Source: Minisyncoccota bacterium | GTDB lineage: Bacteria > Patescibacteriota > Minisyncoccia > UBA6257 > JAGOQP01 | NCBI GenBank assembly: GCA_041674185.1 | Contig: JBAYWE010000002.1 | Span: 2,233-66,232 of the forward strand | DNA: 64,000 nucleotides | Reading direction: 5' to 3' | Part shown: positions 38,893 through 48,390 of the stretch, piece after piece | Position numbering within the stretch: the stretch's first letter is position 1 | Layout of the letters: each line of letters starts with the position of its first letter | The notes under the pieces: generated by a model | What the model was told of the DNA's origin: nothing | The model's input: the letters and a program-made list of their open reading frames with translations, nothing else | Database searches by the model: none | Position numbers and translations under genes: made by a program

Positions 38893-40227
38893 TTAGCAGA
38901 AAAGTTTTCTTTGGTGAGAATCGCTTTTAGCGGTGTGAATATTTTTTGTTTGAATTTCTGTCTCAATCTGTTTTAGGTGTTTCGCATATTGCATTCGAGA
39001 ATGATCAACAATTTCATCTTTACACGAATTGAGAATATGGGGCAACGGAAGTGTAACTCCACTAAAGGGGACAGATGTAATTCCATCAATCATGAGCTTG
39101 ATACAAATGTTGTAATTAGGAAGATTGATTAGATCATTGATGTTAAACGTAGGTTCAAATTCTTTCTCTAAGAAGTGTGCATCATCAACCCCAACTCGAA
39201 AAGAAATCATTGTGCCTACATTTCCAAATACCGCATCTCGTATTTGATCGGGAAGTTGTTTTACATATTGATGTGCTAAGACTAAATTGAGTCCATACTT
39301 TCGTGCTTCGGAAAGAATATTTGCAAAGGAGAGTGTCATAAAATTATGAAACTCATCAACATAAAAATAAAACGGTTTTCTCTGATCTTCTGAAACATTC
39401 GCTCGACTCATCGCTGCTAAAAATATCATCGTCGTTATCATCGATCCTAAGAGTGAGCTAGTATCTTCACCAACTTTTCCTTTTGATAAATTCACAATGA
39501 GAATTTTTCCCTGATCCATAATCTCCCGAAATCGGAAACTATTTTTTACCTGTCCTACAATATTTCGTAAGGGAAGATTGGTGAGAAACTGACTCATCTT
39601 ATTGAGTATCGGCGCTATTGCTTCAGCACGAAAGTGAGGTGAATATTTATCAAATTCATTTGTCCAAAAGGTGCGTATTTGATCTTGTGTGCAAAATGAT
39701 AACACATGCTTTCTAAACTCAGCATTGGTTAAGAGTGTGGGAACATCGAGTAACGTTCCGTGTGGATATTCTAATAAAGTATAAAAAGAATAACGTAAAA
39801 TATGTTCAAGTCGTGGGCCCCAAAATTCTGAATATATTTTTTTGAAAACAGAAATCAATCCAGACACCACGAGATAATGAGAGCCAAGAGAAACATGAGC
39901 GAGTGGATTAAACGCAATCGGATATTCACTATCACTTGGATTAAAATAAATTACATCATTGATTCTTTCTTTGGGTATATGTGATAACAACGTTTCTGCT
40001 AAATCTCCATGCGGATCAATGATTGCTAGACCATTACCTTGATTGATATCTGCAATTGCCATTTGAGCGAGTAAACTTGATTTACCTGTTCCGGTTTTTC
40101 CCACGATATACATATGACCGCGTCGATTCTTTTCTTTGATGCCAAACTTCTTCCTGATATCTCGCCAATTAGTTAAGGCAATGGGTGTGATTGATTGTGC
40201 TTCGTGTTGTGTGTGTTCCATATGCAT
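38893..40227 (-). CDS. Second VirD4/TraD-like ATPase
   Basis: HMYIVGKTGTGKS, IDPHGDL, YVDEFHNF, LSEARKYGLNLVLAHQ. Confidence 0.88.
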   Translation of the reverse strand: MHMEHTQHEAQSITPIALTNWRDIRKKFGIKEKNRRGHMYIVGKTGTGKSSLLAQMAIADINQGNGLAIIDPHGDLAETLLSHIPKERINDVIYFNPSDSEYPIAFNPLAHVSLGSHYLVVSGLISVFKKIYSEFWGPRLEHILRYSFYTLLEYPHGTLLDVPTLLTNAEFRKHVLSFCTQDQIRTFWTNEFDKYSPHFRAEAIAPILNKMSQFLTNLPLRNIVGQVKNSFRFREIMDQGKILIVNLSKGKVGEDTSSLLGSMITTMIFLAAMSRANVSEDQRKPFYFYVDEFHNFMTLSFANILSEARKYGLNLVLAHQYVKQLPDQIRDAVFGNVGTMISFRVGVDDAHFLEKEFEPTFNINDLINLPNYNICIKLMIDGITSVPFSGVTLPLPHILNSCKDEIVDHSRMQYAKHLKQIETEIQTKNIHTAKSDSHQRKLFC

Positions 40228-40361
40228 CGATCATAGAGAAACAATATCGGTGAGTTAAGCAGTGTAGTTTTGTTTATATCAGCATAGTTTCCCCTCTTAT
40301 GCCGATCTGATTTTTGCATGAAGATGAACATAGCTCATCACAATTAAAAAAGGAGGCATAG

Positions 40362-40715
40362 ATGCAACAAGCAAAATCAATTGAAGTGTATACCCCAAAT
40401 GGCATTCTGCTTTTTAGAGCAGTGCTCACAGACATTGCGATATCTCTTGGTTCAAAAGATGAATCGCATATCCAACATTCGTCAAAGCCCGAAGGAAGGG
40501 GCAATGGCAGATCCAACGGAGAAGCAGTCACTGATCCACAGAAGCGGCTGCTCTTCCGGCTTATCGCCACAAACTATCAGCTTGCGGGAGATCAGGTTGT
40601 AGAAAAGTTCAAAGAACTCTTTGGCGTAAAAACGATCAAAGAAGTTTCCAAATTTGACGCAAGTAAAATGATTGAACGCTTACTCGAAGAAGAACGGGAG
40701 AGTGCGCATGATTAA
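40362..40715 (+). CDS. Hypothetical protein
   Basis: AAGGAGG RBS; first gene of a divergent operon. Confidence 0.7.
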   Translation: MQQAKSIEVYTPNGILLFRAVLTDIAISLGSKDESHIQHSSKPEGRGNGRSNGEAVTDPQKRLLFRLIATNYQLAGDQVVEKFKELFGVKTIKEVSKFDASKMIERLLEEERESAHD

Positions 40716-41511
40716 TCATTTATCGGCAAGTCAAATTAATCTCTATCTCCAATGTGGATTGAAGTATCGATATCAGTACATCGATCTGTTGCCAAAACCA
40801 TTTCGTCCATCGGCGTTGGTATTTGGCAGTGCGCTTCATTCTACACTGGAATGGTTTCACTCACAGCGGATGCAAGGGAAGTCCATAACTCTTGAAAAAC
40901 TCTACCAGATATTCGATGCAGATTGGTATAGCCAATGTGTCGAAGCAACGATTCATTTCAAAGAAGGTGAGAAAGAAATGAATCTGTTAAATCTGGGAAG
41001 AGAAATGCTCACCATCTTTTTTCAAGAACAACATCCAAATGTAAAAGGGTGTGAAATACCTTTTACCGTTCCCTTGCGATCCCCCATTGGTGGACCTGAT
41101 TTAGAGATTGCACTCGAAGGTTACTTCGATCTGATAGAGGAAGATGGAACTATTGTGGAATACAAAACATCAGCTACCACATTAAGCTCAAGTGATATTG
41201 ATGCGCGTCTTCAATTAACAGCTTACAGTTATGCATATCAACTCCTCTATCGCAAAGCACCCAAAGGAATCCGGGTTGTGGATTTTGTGAAAGGGAAGAA
41301 ACCCAAAATGGTTGTTATAGAAACGAAGCGTGATCACAATGATCATCTGGGATTTCTGCATACCGCACACGAAGTGTTGAAAGGAATCAAAGCAAATATC
41401 TTTGTTCCGAGACAAAGCTTCATGTGCAAAGAATGTGAGTATGCAGATATATGTCCCTTAATGAAAAACAAATCATCTGTTCCCAAAGCAGAATCTCTCT
41501 ACGCAGCATAA
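40672..41511 (+). CDS. RecB/Cas4-like PD-(D/E)XK exonuclease (true start probably MINHLS at 40708)
   Basis: HLSASQINLYLQC, GSALH, GYFDLI...VEYKT, QLTAY, CKECEYADIC Fe-S cysteines. Confidence 0.88.
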   Translation: MNAYSKKNGRVRMINHLSASQINLYLQCGLKYRYQYIDLLPKPFRPSALVFGSALHSTLEWFHSQRMQGKSITLEKLYQIFDADWYSQCVEATIHFKEGEKEMNLLNLGREMLTIFFQEQHPNVKGCEIPFTVPLRSPIGGPDLEIALEGYFDLIEEDGTIVEYKTSATTLSSSDIDARLQLTAYSYAYQLLYRKAPKGIRVVDFVKGKKPKMVVIETKRDHNDHLGFLHTAHEVLKGIKANIFVPRQSFMCKECEYADICPLMKNKSSVPKAESLYAA

Positions 41512-41583
41512 ATAGCTTCACTAAACACATGCCCTGTTTTACACAGGGCATTCATTTAACAAAATTGATAAGGAGAATAAATC

Positions 41584-42540
41584 ATGAGTCATAATATTAA
41601 TATCGTAAATGGAGTTGCCTCAATGATGTATGTAGGAGAAACTCCCTGGCATAATCTAGGAACAAAACTCGATACACCAGCTACCGCACACGAAGCAATC
41701 ACCTCAGCGCATCTGAATTTTCAAGTTGAGAAAATGCCGTTGCGTATTGCGTTGCATAACGTGCCGGTACCAGATCATTTTGCAACAGTGAGAACAGACA
41801 CGATGCAAGTACTAGGAGTTGTTGGTTCGCGATACACGCCAATACAAAATAAAGATGCATTCACGACGTTTGATTCTTTGGTTGGTGAAGGAAGTGCAAT
41901 TTATCATACAGCCGGAGCGTTGGGAAAAGGAGAACGGATTTGGATACTCGCTAAATTACCTGAGTATATCAAAGTAAATAAGCATGATATTGTCGAACCG
42001 TTTTTATTACTCACTAATACACACGATGGCTCAGGTGCAGTAACCGTAAAGCTCACGCCGATTCGTGTTGTGTGTGAAAATACATTATCGGTTGCGTTAC
42101 ACGGAACGGAACAAGAAGTGCATATTCGGCACACCACACAAGCTGAAGAGAAATTGAAACAAGCGCATGAGATTTTGGGATTGAGTAATAAACTCTTTGA
42201 AATCTTGGGACAATACTATGTTGGTATGAGTCAGAAGATGATCAATGCTACTATGTTCTCTCAATACCTCAATGAAATATTTCCTGAACCAATTTTTACC
42301 ATGCAGAAAACTCGTGTGAAAGATATTCATGAAAAAATCATTGAACTGAGTGAAGTAGGAGTTGGGGCAGAATTAACAAGAGGAACATTATGGGGCGCGT
42401 ATAATGCGGTGACTGAATATGTAGATCACTTTCGACTATCCACTAAGAATAATTCAACACGATTAAAATCTATGTGGTATGGATCGGGAGATGCACTTAA
42501 GAAAAAAGCTTTTACGAGTGCTGTTGCAATGTTGAATTAG
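41584..42540 (+). CDS. DUF932/DUF945 phage-plasmid protein
   Basis: PWHNLG, YTPIQN, TAGALGKG, NTHDGS, TPIRVVCENTL, GTLWGAYNAVTEYVDH. Confidence 0.88.
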   Translation: MSHNINIVNGVASMMYVGETPWHNLGTKLDTPATAHEAITSAHLNFQVEKMPLRIALHNVPVPDHFATVRTDTMQVLGVVGSRYTPIQNKDAFTTFDSLVGEGSAIYHTAGALGKGERIWILAKLPEYIKVNKHDIVEPFLLLTNTHDGSGAVTVKLTPIRVVCENTLSVALHGTEQEVHIRHTTQAEEKLKQAHEILGLSNKLFEILGQYYVGMSQKMINATMFSQYLNEIFPEPIFTMQKTRVKDIHEKIIELSEVGVGAELTRGTLWGAYNAVTEYVDHFRLSTKNNSTRLKSMWYGSGDALKKKAFTSAVAMLN

Positions 42541-42571
42541 AATTTCGCGGAGAGTTATGAACTCTCCGTTT
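42444..42571 (+). repeat. 128-bp direct repeat, copy 1 (3' end of DUF932 gene plus hairpin)
   Basis: Ungapped match to 43446-43573 with 9 hand-counted mismatches. Confidence 0.92.
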
Positions 42572-42631
42572 TTAATAGTTATTTGACTATCAAGTTGGAT
42601 AGTGTGATAATTTATGTAATTAAATAAAAAT

Positions 42632-43468
42632 ATGGATACCGGTTTATTAAATATTCTTCAACTTGCTATGGCGCTACTTAGCATGGTTTCAAATAATACA
42701 AATATTTCTGATACGATGCGACAACAAGCAATTCAGATGGCAAATAATGCAATTCAGATGGCTAGATTATCAGAAAAACAAGATGTAACGAAGAGCAAGC
42801 AAGAAATTCCTTTATCACAAGAAAAAACAGCCAAAGAAAACGTCAAATTTACTTTCAATTGGAGCCCCAATAAATATCCCTCAAATTCCATTGGATACAT
42901 TGAGCTGACAAATACTGGAAATAGTTCAGCTATATATATAATCGATAATATCCCAAATACTGGTTCCTTATTATGGAATCCAGATAATCCTGAGAGTGGA
43001 TTTCCGTTACCAACTGGAACGTATGTAGCTAAAATTGTTATGAGTGGTAAAAGCGATATAATTGGAGAATGGCCTACGACATTTATACACTCATCTAAAC
43101 ATACAGAACAACCCATAATAATTTGTAACGATTTAAAAAATGGTAAAAAGTGGCAATCAGGAGAACCTCAGACGATATGGTGGTCAACTAATGATATTCC
43201 TAGTGGTGCTTCTGGATATATTCAACTTGATAAACAAAATACAAATGGAAGAGATTATCTTATCAGAATCACTAATTCTGGAAGTTATACATTCTCCAAA
43301 AATGAAATTGCTATAGGAAGCTATACAGCAAGGATCGTAATTGGAAATATTGGAGTTATTGCCGGATTACTGGAAGTTACTAAACCAGTTCCTTCTTCTG
43401 GAAATAATTATAATGCAGAAAACAGCGTCCCAATAGTAACTCGTTTAAGGATAATTCCACGAGATTAA
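42632..43468 (+). CDS. Putative surface protein with two Ig-like repeats
   Basis: Helical N-terminus with QAIQMA duplication; two similar W...GYI(E/Q)L...NTG/NSG...GTY/GSY units. Confidence 0.6.
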   Translation: MDTGLLNILQLAMALLSMVSNNTNISDTMRQQAIQMANNAIQMARLSEKQDVTKSKQEIPLSQEKTAKENVKFTFNWSPNKYPSNSIGYIELTNTGNSSAIYIIDNIPNTGSLLWNPDNPESGFPLPTGTYVAKIVMSGKSDIIGEWPTTFIHSSKHTEQPIIICNDLKNGKKWQSGEPQTIWWSTNDIPSGASGYIQLDKQNTNGRDYLIRITNSGSYTFSKNEIAIGSYTARIVIGNIGVIAGLLEVTKPVPSSGNNYNAENSVPIVTRLRIIPRD

Positions 43469-43573
43469 AATCTATGTGGTATGGATCGGGAGATGCACTT
43501 AAGAAAAAAGCTTTTACAAGTGCTGTTGCTATATTGAATTAGAATTTCGCGGAGAGTTATACACTCTCCGTTT
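43446..43573 (+). repeat. 128-bp direct repeat, copy 2
   Basis: Offset of 1002 bp from copy 1. Confidence 0.92.
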
Positions 43574-43645
43574 ATATTTTCCATTGAATATATTTATAAT
43601 CTGAGTAAATTATAAGTAATGAACTTGATATGTGAGTAGGTTATT

Positions 43646-44731
43646 ATGAAACAAAATTTATTTGAAATACTTGGCATCGCTTCAATCGAAAGAATTCACT
43701 CTCAAATGATGTGTTGGTTATTTTCAGACTCACCACTTACACCTATTGAAAAATCACAGTTGTTGCAAATCATCAATCCAAAGGCAAAAATATATTCAAC
43801 TTTCCAATGTCTATCGGAATATAAAAATATTGACATAATAATTCGAGCAGATTCAGATGTGTATGTAATTGAAAATAAAATTAAATCCAGTGAACATGAC
43901 AATCAGTTGAGTAAGTATCTAGCCACTATCCAAAGCGATTCATCATCCTTCTTTCAAAACACTAACAGATATTTCGCATATCTAACTCTTGTACAAGAAA
44001 AAACCAAAGCGGTGAATGAATCATGGGTTAACATTACATATCAACAAATATTTTCTAACCTAAAGAATTATAAAAGAAAAAAACCTTCTTCATTTGATGA
44101 ATTTGTATTGAATGAATACATACACACTGTAGAACGATTAGTTGTTTGTGTTGAAGACTTTATCTCCAACCATTCTCAATACGCAAACGTATTTGAAGAT
44201 GGATGGAAAACAAAGGCACAAAAATTAGAAAACTTAGAACGCTGCTCTGACAAACAGAAATATATCGCACAAAATCAGCTTGAGACAATATTACAAAGAA
44301 GTTTTCTAGGTGTTATTGCTGATAGCATGGTATTAGATAAAGATAAACCGGAAATTGACGAAACACATGGTACTGCACTATTGCAAATCATGTATTCATT
44401 TCACGAATTGACCAAGTTGAATAAATATAATATCGGAATACAATACCAGGGAGATTCAATAAAGCTGAACATTGCCTCAAAGAATTATAAAAATTCTACT
44501 ATAAAAGATATTTCAAAAAGGTTGACTGAGTGTGTTCAGATAATTGCTCGACAAAATAAATATAGAATTAATAAGGGAAAGACAAGAGAATACATATCCA
44601 TTTCCAAACAATTAGATAAAGAGATATGGGAAATGAATCTAGATGAAATAATTGCAGTCTATCAAAGGGAATATGAGCATTTTAAAAAACTCGCGAAGGA
44701 AATCATTAGGAATGGTATTTTCCCAAAATGA
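43646..44731 (+). CDS. PD-(D/E)XK nuclease family protein
   Basis: ERIHSQMMCWL, IDIII...VIENKIKSSEHDNQLSKY. Confidence 0.82.
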   Translation: MKQNLFEILGIASIERIHSQMMCWLFSDSPLTPIEKSQLLQIINPKAKIYSTFQCLSEYKNIDIIIRADSDVYVIENKIKSSEHDNQLSKYLATIQSDSSSFFQNTNRYFAYLTLVQEKTKAVNESWVNITYQQIFSNLKNYKRKKPSSFDEFVLNEYIHTVERLVVCVEDFISNHSQYANVFEDGWKTKAQKLENLERCSDKQKYIAQNQLETILQRSFLGVIADSMVLDKDKPEIDETHGTALLQIMYSFHELTKLNKYNIGIQYQGDSIKLNIASKNYKNSTIKDISKRLTECVQIIARQNKYRINKGKTREYISISKQLDKEIWEMNLDEIIAVYQREYEHFKKLAKEIIRNGIFPK

Positions 44732-44769
44732 TTTTTATTGTAAAATGATCTTATTAATAAAATAAACAT

Positions 44770-45072
44770 ATGTCACTTATTAAATGTTCTGAGTGTAATA
44801 GTGAAATCTCAGAAAATGCTTCATCATGTCCTCACTGTGGAAATCCCATACAAAAAGAGAGAGTTTTCGTTTCAACAGAGAAGGAAAATCCAGTCGAAAT
44901 AGAATTGACAAGTAAAAGATGGAAGAGAGTTATCCTCTTCGCATGGATCGTTATTATTTTTTCTTTATTCCTTTGTAGTATTGCTAGAGTCAGCGAATGG
45001 CTAGGATTAACAATTTTGGGTGTTTTTATTTTGATTATTGGTAAGATTGGTGCTTGGTATAGTAACCGATAA
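44770..45072 (+). CDS. Zinc-ribbon membrane protein
   Basis: CSEC...CPHCG plus two C-terminal hydrophobic helices. Confidence 0.8.
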   Translation: MSLIKCSECNSEISENASSCPHCGNPIQKERVFVSTEKENPVEIELTSKRWKRVILFAWIVIIFSLFLCSIARVSEWLGLTILGVFILIIGKIGAWYSNR

Positions 45073-45278
45073 ATATACAAGAAGGATTAAAACAACATCT
45101 CTTTTTTAGAAAAACTTATTGTAGTAAATTAACTTGTGTGGGATTTAGATCAAGACCATGAATGTCCTTCCCATCAGATAGGTTTACTGAGATTTGGTTT
45201 CCAACATTGTCCACATCAATGTTACTAAACAATTTAGTATTCTGCTTATTTCTATGATCCTCAGTGGGATCGCTTAAC

Positions 45279-47003
45279 TTATGCTTCGATAATTTTCTTT
45301 ACAAACTCTACTATTTTCAAATAGTTTACTGACTCTGTACATTTATTTGTATTTTGTTCAAGGTTAACGTACATCTCAATATCTGCATTTACTCCTTTTG
45401 CGACACCAATGCTTTGTTCTAGGTCTGGATCTAACCTAAGAAAATCTATAATCGTTCCATCAGTCTTCATTTTCTCGATTATCTCGTTTAAGTATTTGTG
45501 TGAAATACCATTTGAACAAGCATCGTTATCTCCATCATGAATACACCAAACCTTAATACCGAATTTTGCAAGTAACTTCGCAAATTTATAAAAATGATAT
45601 TTACCAACAGTATCAACAATAGTGATTTTAGCCGTGTGACTCTCATTATAAAAAGTCCCCTTAGGGTTATTGAAGAGAAAAGAGAAAAAGGCTTTTTCTG
45701 TAGGACCCTCAACGAGGATGACTTTCTGAGAAAGAAAGGCATTAGCTCTAGTTGGATCAATCCAAAGGAGATATCTAAGATGGTCTGTTTTTGAGATTGT
45801 TCCAGATTCAATTTCCAAATCGTCTTTAGATAATTTTGGGTTTCGACACTCATTCTTTGCCAAAGCCATTAACTTTCCATTCTCTAGGCAGATATCTTCA
45901 ACATCTTTCTCGGTAACAATCGCAACCTTAGAAATAGTATCGTCCGCATAAACTCTTTTTATTTGAGAGAAATCTTCGACGTTGTTGAGAAAATATGGTG
46001 AGTGTGATGTTATGATCACCTGAGAATCTGCTGTCACAGAAATTTCTTCCAATTTGTTTCTAAAATAAGTTTGATGATTAGGATGTAGGAATAGTTCAGG
46101 TTCTTCAATTATATAAAAAGTGCAATCATTTTTTGCTGTCTTTTTTGAAGATTTTTGATCTTCCTTATTAAGTTCAGCAAGATTAGATATCAATGAAAAC
46201 ATCATAGAGCGTTGAAATCCATCACCTTGTGAACTCAAGGGTAATTTATCATCGGTTCCATCTATACTTGTATGTGGACGAAAACAAGATTTTATTAGAT
46301 CGTCTGCATCAGGAGGAACCAGATCAAAACCTATTTTGACCTTACCGTAATCCAACATCTTATTGGATATATCGGTTTTAAGTTTTTGAATAGCGCTACC
46401 TTCTCCTTCACTAATAAAAATCGAAAGGCCTGTAATAGAATCTATCACTTTGCTGTAGTATTGATTTTTCTCGTCCTCAATTTTTATTCTTGTGATTATA
46501 TTTTTTGTTACAAGTTGATTCAGTGATGAATTGGCGGTAAATTTTAATTCCTCACTAAGCGGCCTAACTGAAGGTATGTAAATAACATCACCAAAACTAG
46601 GTTTGGCCACTGTCTTCCAACCGAGTAATTTAGTGTCTTTTATTGTATCTTCAGTATTTCCTGTATAGCCGAAATACTCGCACGCTACAGCTTTTTCAAG
46701 CACCTTACTTTTACTTATTGTAGCCCTTACTCTAAATTTTTTGTCAACAAGATATTCAGCAGGATGACTGAATTCCTCATCTTCTTTTACCTCGAATTCA
46801 ACCTCAACATACGGATCATCTTTAACAGAGCTATTTAGATCCTTTGATGAAATTTTTTCTTTCCCAAAAAACCATAAGAAAGCAAATAATATATTACTCT
46901 TACCAGAATTATTCTCCCCAACAAAAACCGTATAGTCTGGCGTAGTTATTGTCGTATCTACATGAGATTTAATTCCGTGAATTTTAATTTCTCTTATTTT
47001 CAT
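45279..47003 (-). CDS. OLD-family ATP-dependent nuclease (ABC ATPase plus TOPRIM)
   Basis: GENNSGKS, QGDGFQR, IIEEPELFLHP, TSHSP, LVEGPTE, DGD. Confidence 0.9.
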   Translation of the reverse strand: MKIREIKIHGIKSHVDTTITTPDYTVFVGENNSGKSNILFAFLWFFGKEKISSKDLNSSVKDDPYVEVEFEVKEDEEFSHPAEYLVDKKFRVRATISKSKVLEKAVACEYFGYTGNTEDTIKDTKLLGWKTVAKPSFGDVIYIPSVRPLSEELKFTANSSLNQLVTKNIITRIKIEDEKNQYYSKVIDSITGLSIFISEGEGSAIQKLKTDISNKMLDYGKVKIGFDLVPPDADDLIKSCFRPHTSIDGTDDKLPLSSQGDGFQRSMMFSLISNLAELNKEDQKSSKKTAKNDCTFYIIEEPELFLHPNHQTYFRNKLEEISVTADSQVIITSHSPYFLNNVEDFSQIKRVYADDTISKVAIVTEKDVEDICLENGKLMALAKNECRNPKLSKDDLEIESGTISKTDHLRYLLWIDPTRANAFLSQKVILVEGPTEKAFFSFLFNNPKGTFYNESHTAKITIVDTVGKYHFYKFAKLLAKFGIKVWCIHDGDNDACSNGISHKYLNEIIEKMKTDGTIIDFLRLDPDLEQSIGVAKGVNADIEMYVNLEQNTNKCTESVNYLKIVEFVKKIIEA

Positions 47004-47131
47004 AATTTTTGAAACACAAAGAGATGTTCGTGTATTATCAATAAAAAATTAGTCTCTTTTGATATCGATTATATAACAATATAATAATATTATATATTAT
47101 ACGACAACTTAGATGTCTAGGCAATTAAATT

Positions 47132-47383
47132 TTATTCAATAGTAGCCGAAGTATTATCAGGAACCCTTAGAATATAGGAGAACAATATTTCTGCTGGAAC
47201 TTCATATAATGAAGAGAGTCGTAATGCATGCTCTAAACAAGGATAGGCGTGTTGTTTCTCCCATCGAGAAATCATCGTATTATTTTTTAGATGTAGATGA
47301 GCTGCAACCTGGAGTTGGCTGAGTTGTTTTGCAATACGTGCTGCTCGCAATGGTGTATCAATGATTTGATCGTAGTAAGACAT
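47132..47383 (-). CDS. XRE helix-turn-helix protein
   Basis: LSQLQVAAHL...MISRWEK...P; similar to 21515-21808. Confidence 0.82.
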   Translation of the reverse strand: MSYYDQIIDTPLRAARIAKQLSQLQVAAHLHLKNNTMISRWEKQHAYPCLEHALRLSSLYEVPAEILFSYILRVPDNTSATIE

Positions 47384-47502
47384 AGATTTGTTTTTGTATT
47401 ATGGTGAATAAAGATAAGTATGATAAAATAATGATGTTAATCTAAGAGATGTGTCTTTGCTTTTTTAAGCACATACACACATCCATTATGGTGAATAGTA
47501 AA

Positions 47503-47599
47503 CTAGCCATAATCTGATGGATTAATCGGAATATGAATATGTTTACCAAGAAGTGATGCTTCTGTAATAGAGTTGTCAACATCATCCACGATGGTGAGC
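47503..47599 (-). other. Candidate attR and detached C-terminal coding segment of recombinase 1
   Basis: GAGC core shared with the tRNA-Gln end; arm 47582-47594 is a 10/13 inverted match to 11837-11849; 30 open codons in the recombinase frame. Confidence 0.62.
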
Positions 47600-47634
47600 A
47601 GAAAAAAATTTATTCAAAAAAGTAAAATAAATTT

Positions 47635-48057
47635 ATGAAAATTCTATTCCTTTGCAGAGGAAATGTAGGAAGGAGCCAAATGGCTGAAGCTTTATTCAGA
47701 AAAATGACTGATAATAGACACGAAGTAATCTCTGCGGGTATTAAATTAAGCGGGGCAGAACAACCAATTGAAGAATTGGGTTCGATTATAGACAATCTAA
47801 ACATAGTCATGAAAGAAGAAGGATTGGATATTTCTAAAAATATCCGCAAACAAGTTACTCAAGAAATGATTAATGACGCAGAAAAGATTATTCTAACAGT
47901 AGATGAACGAGATTTAATCCCCGACAATCTTAGAAATAACCAAAAAGTTGTTATATGGAATGTTGTAGACCCCAAAAATCAATCTCTTGAATTCACACGT
48001 CAAATAAAAGATCAAATAAAAGATCTTATTGAAAATTTTCTTAAAAGCTTGTTATAA
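47635..48057 (+). CDS. Low-molecular-weight phosphatase / ArsC family protein
   Basis: LFLCRGNVGRSQMAEA (CX5R), SAG, W-V-DP. Confidence 0.88.
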   Translation: MKILFLCRGNVGRSQMAEALFRKMTDNRHEVISAGIKLSGAEQPIEELGSIIDNLNIVMKEEGLDISKNIRKQVTQEMINDAEKIILTVDERDLIPDNLRNNQKVVIWNVVDPKNQSLEFTRQIKDQIKDLIENFLKSLL

Positions 48058-48209
48058 ACATAAGTTTCTATATAACCAAATAACTACCAGCAGTTCCAAC
48101 TCGAGATAAGAAACACACACAAACACGTCTCTATGACGTTTTTGTTTTTTATTTGTAAAGAGGTGAAACAAATCTTGACATGGTTCGTTATAGTATATAT
48201 AAGAAAAAT

Positions 48210-48335
48210 ATGCACAGACATCATCATCACGTAAATATGAGCAATATTCAAAAACCACAAGTATGCGGTCTTTTCGCCGTTACCACTTATGGAACACAAA
48301 CGCTTATATTTAGTCGTGATACGCATAATTTTTAG
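48210..48335 (+). promoter_or_regulatory. Candidate leader peptide (MHRHHHHV..., 41 aa)
   Basis: Open frame ATG 48210 to TAG 48335, just downstream of TTGACA-17 bp-TATAAG (48175-48203). Confidence 0.5.
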
Positions 48336-48357
48336 AATCTATTTTTTTCAAATTAAG

Positions 48358-48390
48358 AAAATCTCGACTGAATAAAAGTCGAGATTTTTT
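48358..48390 (+). terminator. Intrinsic terminator in the MFS leader
   Basis: AAAATCTCGACT-7 nt-AGTCGAGATTTTTT. Confidence 0.75.

Larger units (their letters stand above)
11834..47599. mobile_element. Composite integrative element (about 36 kb) at tRNA-Gln
   Basis: Serine recombinase abuts the tRNA 3' end; contains a second recombinase, two coupling-type ATPases, defence genes and a DGR. Candidate attL core GAGC 11834-11837 and attR core GAGC 47596-47599. Left edge is firm, right edge inferred. Confidence 0.78.

Noticed and set aside
40672-41511. Cas4 / CRISPR-Cas locus
   Set aside because: No repeat-spacer array or other cas genes seen; context fits a mobile-element RecB-like exonuclease.
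47398-47497. 13-bp direct repeat ATTATGGTGAATA upstream of the HTH gene
   Set aside because: Could be an operator, but two short AT-rich copies are too weak to support a call.
11838-47595. Prophage
   Set aside because: No terminase, portal, capsid, tail or lysis genes recognised.
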